Positions 36,190 to 44,917 of a stretch of 64,000 nucleotides of DNA are shown piece by piece; position 1 is the stretch's first letter, and every line of letters starts with the position of its first letter. Below the pieces are notes generated by a model that worked only from the letters and a program-made list of their open reading frames with translations, had not been told where the DNA came from and searched no databases. Position numbers and translations under genes: made by a program. Source of the stretch: Paracoccus sp. (in: a-proteobacteria) (GTDB lineage: Bacteria; Pseudomonadota; Alphaproteobacteria; Rhodobacterales; Rhodobacteraceae); contig NZ_DATMFA010000022.1 in the NCBI RefSeq assembly GCF_035556475.1, positions 72 to 64,071 of the forward strand, in the 5' to 3' direction.

Positions 36190-37184
36190 GCGGCCCGATC
36201 CGCATTCGGCAGGTCGTTCCAGTCGAGCGCCCAGCCCGCGACATCGACATGTTCGGGGATGAGGCCCTGCGCCAGCAGGAAATCCGCCTGATCCTGCAAC
36301 GCGGCCAGACGGTCGACCGTCAGCGAGGGCAGCAGGTTTTCCGGCACGAAGGACTGGAATGCGGCCTCGGCATCCTCGGGCGACTGGCCGGTTTCGCCGG
36401 CAAGGATCGCCCAGAGCCGCGCCCGGTCCTGCGCGATGCGCGCCACCGCGCCTTGAGCGTCGGCAAGGATGCGGCGCACCACCTCGGGCCGGGCGGCGAT
36501 GAAATCGGCATGGAAGGTCAGCGTGCGGGGCGTCCCGTTATTGACCCGCAAGAGCGGATCGGAGAGCTGGTCGATCCGCAGCACCGCGCGATAGCGTCCG
36601 CTGCGCAGCGCCGCGACTCCGGCGGCGCTTTTCAGCCAGACCGCATCGACGTGGCCTTGATCCAGCAGCGCCAGTTCCGCGTCGAAGCTTTCGCCGCCGG
36701 TCTGGCCGGGCAGCACCCCGCGCAGGTCGCGCGCATCGACCAGCGTGACCGCGTCGAGCCCCAGCCCGGCATAGCGCAACGCCTGCTGGATGCCGCGGAC
36801 CGAGGTGATGCGCGACACGTCCAGCCGATGGCCCGAGGAAAGCGGCAGCGCGAAGCGGTGCCCGCCGAGCGACGCGACATCGGTGAATTCGCTGTCCTCG
36901 CGCACGATCACCGCCTGGAATTCGTCCAGCCAGGTGATGCCCAGAAGCCGCGTGTCCGCCCCGTGCGAGCGCGCCCAGATCGCAGGGATATTGCCGCCCT
37001 CGCGCATCAGATTCGCGATGCCATGTTCGAAATGATGACGCCGGATCTCGGGGTCGGGGATGTCCTGAAGCGCCCGCGCGTCAAGGCCGTGGTCGCGCAG
37101 GCCTGCCTGAAGGATCCCCAGCCCGGCGCTGACCCCGGTTGAGGTCGGAGCGGGGCAGCGCGTGTAATGGAAGATGTCGGTCAT
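36186..37184 (-). CDS. DszB-like arylsulfinate desulfinase homologue 2
   Basis: YTRCPAP, HHFEH, MREGGNIPA; ATGA-coupled to the upstream SBP; no signal peptide. Confidence 0.72.
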   Translation of the reverse strand: MTDIFHYTRCPAPTSTGVSAGLGILQAGLRDHGLDARALQDIPDPEIRRHHFEHGIANLMREGGNIPAIWARSHGADTRLLGITWLDEFQAVIVREDSEFTDVASLGGHRFALPLSSGHRLDVSRITSVRGIQQALRYAGLGLDAVTLVDARDLRGVLPGQTGGESFDAELALLDQGHVDAVWLKSAAGVAALRSGRYRAVLRIDQLSDPLLRVNNGTPRTLTFHADFIAARPEVVRRILADAQGAVARIAQDRARLWAILAGETGQSPEDAEAAFQSFVPENLLPSLTVDRLAALQDQADFLLAQGLIPEHVDVAGWALDWNDLPNADRAA

Positions 37185-38767
37185 TGGGTCACCTCGTCCT
37201 TGATCCAGGCATCGGCAAGACTGCCATTGATGCCCTCGGCATCGGTCACGGCATCCTGCACGCGGCCGTTGATGATGGAGAAATTGAAATCCGACAGCAG
37301 GTTGATATCGGGAAGATCCGCGATCACCTGCGTCTGGATCTGGTCCCACAGCGCCTTGCGTTTTGCCGGATCGGTCTCGACCGCGGTGGCCTCCAGCAGC
37401 GCGTCGGTCTGCGGATTGGCGTAATGCGCCCCGTTGGTGAAGGGCACGCCGGGGCGGAAGTTCTTCGACCAATAGAGCCGCTGGACACCGACGGTCGGGT
37501 CGAAGGTATTGGTCATGGAATTGACGGTGAAGGCAAAGTCGCGGTCGGTATAGACGCGCCGGGTATAGGTCGGGAAATCCTGCACCCGAACCTCGATGGC
37601 GATGCCAACCTGCGCCAGTGCCTGTTTGACGTAATCGGCGGTGCGGCGGTCGCCCTCGGTCGCGGGACGGAAATCCAGCGGCAGCGAAAAGCGGATGCCG
37701 TTCGCGCCGCGCGGATAGCCGGCCTCGTCCAGCAGGGCTTCGGCCTTCGCCGGATCGAAGGCATGGTCCGGCAGGCCCTCGGCCCGGAAGGGCGACAGGT
37801 CCGGGCTGATCGGTCCCGAAACGGGCTGGCCATAGCCATACCAGATCACGTTGCGGATGGTGTCGCGGTCAATCGCATGGGCGACAGCCTGACGCACGCG
37901 GAGATCCTTGAAATGCGGCTCGTCCAGATTGAATTCGATCCGCTTCACCCCGGCCTCGAAGATGGTGCCGCGCTCCTCGATGCGGATATGGCGCAGGGCG
38001 CGAACCCGCTCCAGATCGGCCATCGGGATCAGGTTGCCGGTGGTCAGGTCGGCCTCGCCCGTCTCGACCGCGACGGCGCGGGCGGCAGCGTCGGGCAGGA
38101 TGCGAAAGACCACGCCGTCCAGATAGGGCTTGCCCTTGTCCCAGTAATCCGGGTTGCGTTCCAGCCGCAGGAAGCTGCCGCCCTGCAACTCGGCAAAGCG
38201 GAACGGGCCGGTGCCCACGGGCTTCTGGTTCCACGGATTGGTCAGCGGATCGCTGCCCTCGTAAAGATGCCTGGGCAGGATCGGGCTTTCGACGGCGGCG
38301 AGGGCGCGGATCAGATAGGGCGCGGGCCGGGACAGGCGCAGGATCAGGCTGTGATCGTCGGGCGTCTCGATCGCGGTGACATTGGCGAAGGTCGTGCGCC
38401 CGCGCGGGTGATATTCCTTCAGCAGCTGGATCGAGAAAGCCGCATCCGCCGCGGTGAAGGGCTGGCCGTCGTGCCATTTGACCCCCTGCCGGATGTCGAA
38501 GCGGTATTCGAGGCCATCGTCCGACACATGCCAGCCCGTCGCCAGCGCCGGCAGCGGGTTCAGGTCGAAGTCATAGCGCAGCAGGCCCTCGACGATCTTC
38601 GGCCCGGTCGAACGTGAGCCGTCCGGCGACAACGGCACCAGCATCGGCGGTTGCAGGGCAAGCACCTGCGTCAGCGTGCCACCACGCTGCGGAGACTGGG
38701 CAAGGGCGGGCAGGGCCGTAAGGCCAGCCAACACAAGCGGCATGAGCCAGCGGGAGAGTTTCGGCAT
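37181..38767 (-). CDS. Family-5 ABC substrate-binding protein (Sec-type signal), paralog 2
   Basis: IRQGVKWHDGQPFTA, VGTGPF, YWSKNFRPGVPFTNGAHY; start trimmed to MPKLSRW. Confidence 0.9.
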   Translation of the reverse strand: MPKLSRWLMPLVLAGLTALPALAQSPQRGGTLTQVLALQPPMLVPLSPDGSRSTGPKIVEGLLRYDFDLNPLPALATGWHVSDDGLEYRFDIRQGVKWHDGQPFTAADAAFSIQLLKEYHPRGRTTFANVTAIETPDDHSLILRLSRPAPYLIRALAAVESPILPRHLYEGSDPLTNPWNQKPVGTGPFRFAELQGGSFLRLERNPDYWDKGKPYLDGVVFRILPDAAARAVAVETGEADLTTGNLIPMADLERVRALRHIRIEERGTIFEAGVKRIEFNLDEPHFKDLRVRQAVAHAIDRDTIRNVIWYGYGQPVSGPISPDLSPFRAEGLPDHAFDPAKAEALLDEAGYPRGANGIRFSLPLDFRPATEGDRRTADYVKQALAQVGIAIEVRVQDFPTYTRRVYTDRDFAFTVNSMTNTFDPTVGVQRLYWSKNFRPGVPFTNGAHYANPQTDALLEATAVETDPAKRKALWDQIQTQVIADLPDINLLSDFNFSIINGRVQDAVTDAEGINGSLADAWIKDEVTQ

Positions 38768-38786
38768 CAAGGAACCTCGGGGAATG

Positions 38787-39734
38787 TCAGGCCGTGAGGG
38801 GCAGCGGGTGATGGCAGGCGAAGGCATGGGCATCGCCATTCTCGGGGATCAGCGGCTCGACCTTGCGGCACAGGTCGGTGGCATGGGGGCAGCGCGGGTG
38901 GAAACGGCAGCCTCCGGGCAGGTTCTGGACACCGGGCAGATCGCCCGAGAGGGGCGCGACCTCGCGCGGGTTGCCTGCATCGGGCAGAGCGTCGATCAGC
39001 GCGCGGGTATAGGGATGGCGCGGATTGTCCCAGACCTCGCGCGTCGGACCGCTTTCGACGATCCGGCCCAGATACATGACCAGCACGCGGTCGGTGAAAT
39101 AGCGCACCACCGAAAGGTCATGGCTGATGAACAGATAGGACAGCCCGTATTCGCGTTTGAGTTCGGCCAGCAGGTTGATGATCTGGGCCTGAATCGACAG
39201 GTCCAGCGCCGAAACCGGCTCGTCACAGACGATCATCTGCGGGCGCAGGATCAGGGCCCGGGCAATGCCGATGCGCTGGCGCTGACCGCCGCTGAACTCA
39301 TGCGGGTAACGGTCCAGCGCATCCGGGGGCAGGCCGACGCGGCTCACGATCTCTTCGGCGATGCGGTTGCGCTCGGCGCGACTGGCGACGCCGTGGATCT
39401 TCAGCGGCCCGGTCAGGATGCGGCGGATGCTGTGGCGCGGGTTCAGCGATGCGAAGGGATCCTGAAAGATCATCTGCAATTTTCGCCGCACCGGCATCAA
39501 ATCGCGGCCCTGCGCGGTGGTGATCTCGTCCCCGTCCAGCCGGACGCTGCCCTCGTCCGAGGGCACGAGCCGCATCAGCGTCTTGCCCAGCGTGGACTTG
39601 CCGCAGCCGGATTCGCCGACAAGGCCCACCGTCTCGCCCTGTGCGACGGAAAAGCTGACGCCTTCCAGCGCGCGGAAGCGGCCATGCGGCGTGTCATAGG
39701 CGGTGGCGAGGTTCTCAAGCGAAAGCAGCGACAT
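38787..39734 (-). CDS. ABC ATP-binding protein (OppF/DppF)
   Basis: GESGCGKS, FSGGQRQRIGIARAL, CDEPVSALD, C-terminal GCRFHPRC. Confidence 0.92.
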   Translation of the reverse strand: MSLLSLENLATAYDTPHGRFRALEGVSFSVAQGETVGLVGESGCGKSTLGKTLMRLVPSDEGSVRLDGDEITTAQGRDLMPVRRKLQMIFQDPFASLNPRHSIRRILTGPLKIHGVASRAERNRIAEEIVSRVGLPPDALDRYPHEFSGGQRQRIGIARALILRPQMIVCDEPVSALDLSIQAQIINLLAELKREYGLSYLFISHDLSVVRYFTDRVLVMYLGRIVESGPTREVWDNPRHPYTRALIDALPDAGNPREVAPLSGDLPGVQNLPGGCRFHPRCPHATDLCRKVEPLIPENGDAHAFACHHPLPLTA

Positions 39735-40722
39735 GTCTTGCCTCCTCGGTCAGGATGCCGGGAAAATGGCAGGCGACCAGCCGGTCGCCCCGATACGCGA
39801 CGGGAGGGGGCACGACCGCGCCGCAAACCTCGCGCGCGGCGGGGCAACGCGGACGAAACGGGCAGCCCGCCTCTGCGCGGGCCGAGGCGATGGAGCCGGG
39901 GATCTCGGCCAGCGGCGCATCGCGATAGGTCAGCCCCTCGGCATTGCGGGGCGAGGCCGCAAGCAACCCGTGGCTGTAGGGGTGCAGCGGATCGGCGAAA
40001 AGCTGGGCGGGCGTCGCCTCCTCGACATGTAGGCCGGCATACATGACCACGACGCGGTCGGCCCATTGCGAGACGACGCCAAGGTCATGGGTGATCAGCA
40101 CCACGGCCACGTCCAGTTCGCGCCGCAGATTGTCGAGAAGTTGCAGGATCTGCGCCTGAATGGTCACGTCCAGCGCCGTCGTCGCCTCATCCGCGATCAG
40201 GATGCGGGGGCGGCAGGCCACGGCCATCGCGATCATTACGCGCTGGCGCATGCCCCCGGACAATTGGTGCGGATAGTCGTCGATGCGCCGCGCCGCGTCG
40301 GGGATGCGGACGAGGTTCATCAGTTCCCGCACCCGTGCGCGGCGGGCGGCGCGGTCCAGATCCTCATGCGCGATCAGCGTCTCTTCGATCTGGCGGCCGA
40401 TCGTGTGGACCGGGTTCAGCGAGGTCATCGGTTCCTGAAACACCATCGCGATCTGCTTGCCGCGCAAAAGGCGGCGGCGGCGTTCGGGCAAGGCCAGCAT
40501 GTCGACCCGACCCCGCGGCGTGCGGATCAGGATCTGGCCCGAGGCCCTGGCGTTGCGGGGCAGCAGGCCCATCATCGACAGCGCGGTCAGCGATTTGCCC
40601 GAGCCGGATTCGCCCACGATGGCCAGCGTCTCGCGCGGGTTGACGTGAAAGCTCACGCGCTCGACCGGCCGGGCGGGGCCGAAGGCGACGGACAGGTTTT
40701 CGACGGCAAGAACGGCGCTCAC
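39715..40722 (-). CDS. ABC ATP-binding protein (OppD/DppD)
   Basis: [39 protein letters not shown]; GTG start overlaps the permease stop (GTGA). Confidence 0.9.
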   Translation of the reverse strand: MSAVLAVENLSVAFGPARPVERVSFHVNPRETLAIVGESGSGKSLTALSMMGLLPRNARASGQILIRTPRGRVDMLALPERRRRLLRGKQIAMVFQEPMTSLNPVHTIGRQIEETLIAHEDLDRAARRARVRELMNLVRIPDAARRIDDYPHQLSGGMRQRVMIAMAVACRPRILIADEATTALDVTIQAQILQLLDNLRRELDVAVVLITHDLGVVSQWADRVVVMYAGLHVEEATPAQLFADPLHPYSHGLLAASPRNAEGLTYRDAPLAEIPGSIASARAEAGCPFRPRCPAAREVCGAVVPPPVAYRGDRLVACHFPGILTEEARHVAAFA

Positions 40723-41708
40723 AGGCGATCCTCCGAAAAGCGGGGGTTCAGGGCGTCGTTCAGGCCGTCGCCGATCAGGTTCAGCGCGAGCACCGTTACG
40801 ACAATGGCAAGGCCGGGCAGGGCGGTCAGATACCAGGCGGTGCGGATCATCTCGCGCCCGCCGCCGATCATCGACCCCCAGGAGACCACATTGGGATCGC
40901 CAAGGCCCATGAAGGACAGCGCCGATTCCATCAGGATCGCCCCCGCGACCATGACCGAACTGGTCACGATGATCGGCGGCAGCGCGTTCGGCAGGATCTC
41001 GCGAAAGATGATATGGCCGTGGCCAAAGCCCAGACTGCGCGCGGCGGTGACGAAGTCGTTCTGGCGCAGGCTGCGGAACTCGGCCCGGGTCAGGCGGGCG
41101 ACGGTGGGCCAGGTGACGATCGCGATTGAAAGCGTGATCGTCGTCGCATTTGGCCCGAGGATCGCGACGAGGACTACGACAAGGACAAAGCTGGGCAAGG
41201 TCTGGAAGATCTCGATCAGGCGCGACAGCACCCGGTCGGTCACGCCGCCGAAATAGCCCGCGAGCGCACCGACGACGATGCCCACGCCCAGCCCCAGCGC
41301 GGTCGCGGCGACGCCGACGTAAAGCGAGATGCGCGCGCCATGGACCAGCCCGGCCAGCACGTCGCGGCCCATGGAATCCGTCCCCAGCGGAAAGGCGGGA
41401 TCCTGTCCGGGCCACAGAAAGGGCCGCCCCACCATCGCCAGCGGATCGCGCGGGAAAAGCAGGGGCGCGGTCAGCGCGCAAATGGCCATCGCCAGCAGCA
41501 CCACGATGCCGAAGATGGCATTCGGATTGCGCAGGAACAGCTTCAGCTCGGCATAGCCCTGTCGCGGCGGCAGGTGTGCCGTGGTCGCGCTGCGGGCGTC
41601 CGGGGCGTGGATATGGCGCCATTCGGGCTGCGGGGCGGGCGACTGGGGCGCGTTGCGCGCGGCGGGGGTCGCCAGCGCCTTGTGAAGCGTGCTGTCGGCG
41701 GGCATCAA
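40719..41708 (-). CDS. ABC permease (OppC/DppC)
   Basis: FPLGTDSMGRD, FVTAARSLG, ILPNALPP. Confidence 0.9.
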   Translation of the reverse strand: MMPADSTLHKALATPAARNAPQSPAPQPEWRHIHAPDARSATTAHLPPRQGYAELKLFLRNPNAIFGIVVLLAMAICALTAPLLFPRDPLAMVGRPFLWPGQDPAFPLGTDSMGRDVLAGLVHGARISLYVGVAATALGLGVGIVVGALAGYFGGVTDRVLSRLIEIFQTLPSFVLVVVLVAILGPNATTITLSIAIVTWPTVARLTRAEFRSLRQNDFVTAARSLGFGHGHIIFREILPNALPPIIVTSSVMVAGAILMESALSFMGLGDPNVVSWGSMIGGGREMIRTAWYLTALPGLAIVVTVLALNLIGDGLNDALNPRFSEDRL

Positions 41709-42691
41709 TTCGCTCCTATCCGGGGGTCGAGGCGGGACTGAAGCAGGTCCACCAGCCCGTTGACCACGATCACGACCAGCGAGGACAGCAGCAGGATTCC
41801 CAGGAGGACGTTGAAATCCCGCGCCATCACCGCCTCGAAGGCCAGCCGTCCAAGGCCGGGCCAGCTGAACACCGTTTCGACTACGACGGCGCCGCCCAGC
41901 ATGTTTCCGAAATGCATCCCCGCCATGGTCGTGACCGGGATCAGCGCGTTGCGCAGGATATGCGAAAGGGTGATCCGCAGCGGCGACAGGCCCTTGGCGC
42001 GCGCGGTGCGGACATAGTCCTGATTGCGGATCTCGAGCATCGCGGCGCGGGTCAGCCGGGCGTAGATCGCGACATAGAACAGCGACAGCGACATCGCGGG
42101 CAGGATCATGTAGCGCGCGTTGTCCAGCACGGCCGCCCAGCCGGTCAGGCTGCTGCCGATGGTGCCCGACCCGCCCGAGGGCAGCCAGCCCAACTTGACC
42201 GAGAACAGCAGGATCAGCATCAGCCCGATCCAGAAGCCGGGGATGGAATAGAAGAGCAGCGACAGGACCGACAGCAGGCGGTCGGGGATGCGGCCGGCGA
42301 AACTGGACATCACCGCGCCAAGCGCGACGCCCAGCACCACGGCCAGCCCCAGCGCCGTCGCCATCAGGATCAGCGTGCCGGGCAGTCGCTGCATGATCAG
42401 GTCAAGCACGGGCATGGCGTAGCGGGGGGAGTGCCCCAGATCGAGCTGCGCGAGATGCAGAAGATAGGTCTTGAGCTGTTCGAGAACGGAGAGGTCCAGC
42501 CCCATACTGCGGCGCAGCGCGGCCATTGTCTCCTCGGTCGCCGATCCCGCCTCGGCCGCGATCACGTCCGCTGCATCACCGGGCGCCAGTTGCAGCAGCA
42601 GGAAGTTCAGCACGACGATGCCCAGCACGGTGGGAATGGCGTGAAGGAAGATGCGCCAGATCTGGCGCGGGACGGATTTTCTTTGCGCCAT
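41705..42691 (-). CDS. ABC permease (OppB/DppB)
   Basis: LAPGDAAD, DYVRTARAKGLS, HILRNAL, ETVFSWPGLG. Confidence 0.92.
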   Translation of the reverse strand: MAQRKSVPRQIWRIFLHAIPTVLGIVVLNFLLLQLAPGDAADVIAAEAGSATEETMAALRRSMGLDLSVLEQLKTYLLHLAQLDLGHSPRYAMPVLDLIMQRLPGTLILMATALGLAVVLGVALGAVMSSFAGRIPDRLLSVLSLLFYSIPGFWIGLMLILLFSVKLGWLPSGGSGTIGSSLTGWAAVLDNARYMILPAMSLSLFYVAIYARLTRAAMLEIRNQDYVRTARAKGLSPLRITLSHILRNALIPVTTMAGMHFGNMLGGAVVVETVFSWPGLGRLAFEAVMARDFNVLLGILLLSSLVVIVVNGLVDLLQSRLDPRIGAN

Positions 42692-42744
42692 GATCGGCCT
42701 CGCTGCGTTTCTGCGGCTGCCCCGTCAACCGGGGATGGGGTTCA

Positions 42745-42767
42745 AAATACACATGAACAGTAGACTA
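42745..42767. promoter_or_regulatory. Candidate Rrf2 operator 4
   Basis: AAATACAC-N7-GTAGACTA, 54 nt upstream of the transporter operon. Confidence 0.65.
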
Positions 42768-43166
42768 TCAAATTGCGCATCGGACAGGTCAGGGGGCGGG
42801 CCTGGCCCGAAACCGCCCGGACGAATGCCCTGATCTGATATGCCCATGCGGCAGAGGTGAGATTTGCGATATGGCCGCAAAGTTTGGATTGTTATTCCCT
42901 GAGAAAAAATGCGCGTGAGGCGCAGATCCTGACGTGGGAGATTCGCATCGCGCGGAACCGTTCGGGCGCGGGGAAAACCTTGCCGATCCACGGCGGGGCA
43001 TCGGCGCGAAGTTGTCATGCTTCGGTCGGGTCAAACAAGGGAAAGACCATCTTTCGAGTATTCGATAACCTGCGCTCATCAGGATTGCCGCACATGCATC
43101 GTGCGGCATCAAGCGCGCCCCGTGCCGGGGAACGCGCCTGTCCTCCCCTTACCGCAGAGAAGATCC

Positions 43167-44759
43167 ATGACCCTTTCCCGACGCCAGTTTCACCAGATCA
43201 TCCTTGCCGCCGGTGCCTATGTGGCGCTGCCCGGCGGCGGCCATGCCGCGACCGAAGGGCCGGTCAGTGGCGGCACGCTGAAGATCGCCTATTTCCCCGA
43301 GCCGTCGCAGCTTGTCGCCATCAACACCAGCGCGGGCGGCGCGCAATTCGTGGGCTCCAAGATCTTCGACGGGCTGCTGACCTATGACTATGACCTGACG
43401 CCCCGACCCAGCCTTGCGCGGGAATGGACGGTGACGCCGGACGGGCTGGAATATGTCTTCCAGCTTCAGCCCGATGCGAAATTCCATGACGGGCAGCCGC
43501 TGACCTCGGCCGATGTGGCCTTTTCGATCCTGCGTCTGAAGGAGGCGCATCCGCGCGGTCGCATCACCTTCGCGCATGTCGAAAGCATCGACAGTTCGGA
43601 CCCGCATGTCGTTCGGATCGAGCTGGCAAAGCCCGCGCCGGCGCTGCTGTCGGCGCTCGCCGCCTCGGAATCGCCGGTCGTTCCCAGGCATGTCTTCGAG
43701 GGGCTGGAACCCGGCCAGAATCCCGGTCCGGGGCAGATCATCGGCAGTGGGCCTTTTGTCCTGAAGGAATGGACCCCCGGCAGCCATATCACGCTGGACC
43801 GCAATGCCGATTACTGGGCCGAGGGGCAGCCGCACCTAGACAGGGTGATCATCCGCCTGATCGGCGATGCCGGGGCGCGGGCGGCGGCGCTTGAGACGGG
43901 CGAGGTCGATATCGGCGAAAACCCCGTCGCGCTCGCCGATATCGAGCGGTTCCGCTCGGTCCCCACCCTCAGGGTCGATGACCGGGTCTATACCTATTCC
44001 GGGCTGCTGAACCAGTTGGTCCTGAATCTGGACACGCCCGAGTTGAAAGAGCTGAAGGTCCGGCAGGCCATAGCCCATGCGATCGACGTGAAGGCGCTGA
44101 TCAACCTCGTGCTTTACGGCTATGCCATCCCTTCGCCGACGCCGATCCCGCCCAGCTTCAAGCAGTTCCACAACCCCGATATCGGCTTTGCGGCTTTCGA
44201 CACCGCGCTGGCCGAAAAGCTGCTGGACGAGGCGGAGTTCCCACGCAAGAAGGATGGCAGCCGGTTCAGGCTGCGGGTGACGACGAACCCGTTCAACGCG
44301 CCGGCCTATTCCGATTTCATCGCGCAATCGCTGATCGCCATCGGGATCGCGGCGGAGATCCAGCGCTTTGATTTCGCGACCTATGTGAAGACCGTCTATA
44401 CCGACCGGGCCTGGGATCTGTCGGTGGAATCGCTCTCTTCGACCTTCGATCCGACGGTTGGCGTCCAGCGTGTCTATTGGAGCAAGAACTTCAAGCTCGG
44501 CTTGCCGTTCTCGAACGCGAGCCATTATGCAAACCCCGAGGTCGACCGCCTGCTGGAGGCCGCCGCGATCGAGCCTGACGTGGAAAAACGCGCGCAATAT
44601 TTCAAGGAATTCCAGCAGATCATCGCGCAGGACTTGCCGGTGATCAATCTGGCCGTGCCGGTGCAGCCCGTGGTCAGCAGCCTGCGCGTTCACGACTATG
44701 CGCCGGGCGCAGCCGGGCTTGGCGGCAACGTCGCCCGCACCTGGATCGGCGAGGTCTGA
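43167..44759 (+). CDS. Family-5 ABC substrate-binding protein (Tat signal), paralog 3
   Basis: SRRQF, KFHDGQPLTSADVAFS, IGSGPF, YWSKNFKLGLPFSNASHY; start trimmed to MTLSRR. Confidence 0.9.
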   Translation: MTLSRRQFHQIILAAGAYVALPGGGHAATEGPVSGGTLKIAYFPEPSQLVAINTSAGGAQFVGSKIFDGLLTYDYDLTPRPSLAREWTVTPDGLEYVFQLQPDAKFHDGQPLTSADVAFSILRLKEAHPRGRITFAHVESIDSSDPHVVRIELAKPAPALLSALAASESPVVPRHVFEGLEPGQNPGPGQIIGSGPFVLKEWTPGSHITLDRNADYWAEGQPHLDRVIIRLIGDAGARAAALETGEVDIGENPVALADIERFRSVPTLRVDDRVYTYSGLLNQLVLNLDTPELKELKVRQAIAHAIDVKALINLVLYGYAIPSPTPIPPSFKQFHNPDIGFAAFDTALAEKLLDEAEFPRKKDGSRFRLRVTTNPFNAPAYSDFIAQSLIAIGIAAEIQRFDFATYVKTVYTDRAWDLSVESLSSTFDPTVGVQRVYWSKNFKLGLPFSNASHYANPEVDRLLEAAAIEPDVEKRAQYFKEFQQIIAQDLPVINLAVPVQPVVSSLRVHDYAPGAAGLGGNVARTWIGEV

Positions 44760-44768
44760 CACCGGACG

Positions 44769-44793
44769 CTGGAATCCCTCGCAGGGGTTCCGG
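44769..44793 (+). terminator. Stem-loop after SBP gene (terminator or mRNA stabiliser)
   Basis: CTGGAATCCCT-cgc-AGGGGTTCCGG. Confidence 0.5.
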
Positions 44794-44878
44794 TGTTCTC
44801 CGCGAGCCGGGCGAAGGGACTTTTCATCACTGTTTTTCAGGGAAATACGCAAACCCGCATCCCTAGACGAGGCAATAA

Positions 44879-44901
44879 TCGTCCATATGATCAGTGTATA
44901 T
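44879..44901. promoter_or_regulatory. Candidate Rrf2 operator 5
   Basis: TCGTCCAT-N7-GTGTATAT, 17 nt upstream of the 44918 start. Confidence 0.65.
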
Positions 44902-44917
44902 TTAAGGGGATAGCAGC

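Noticed and set aside
39715-41622. 635-aa ORF suggesting an N-terminally extended ATPase
   Set aside because: The first 300 codons overlap the permease in another frame; the real start is GTG at 40722 with a GTGA overlap. The same reasoning trimmed ORFs at 12513, 15658, 17830, 36186, 57905 and 58735
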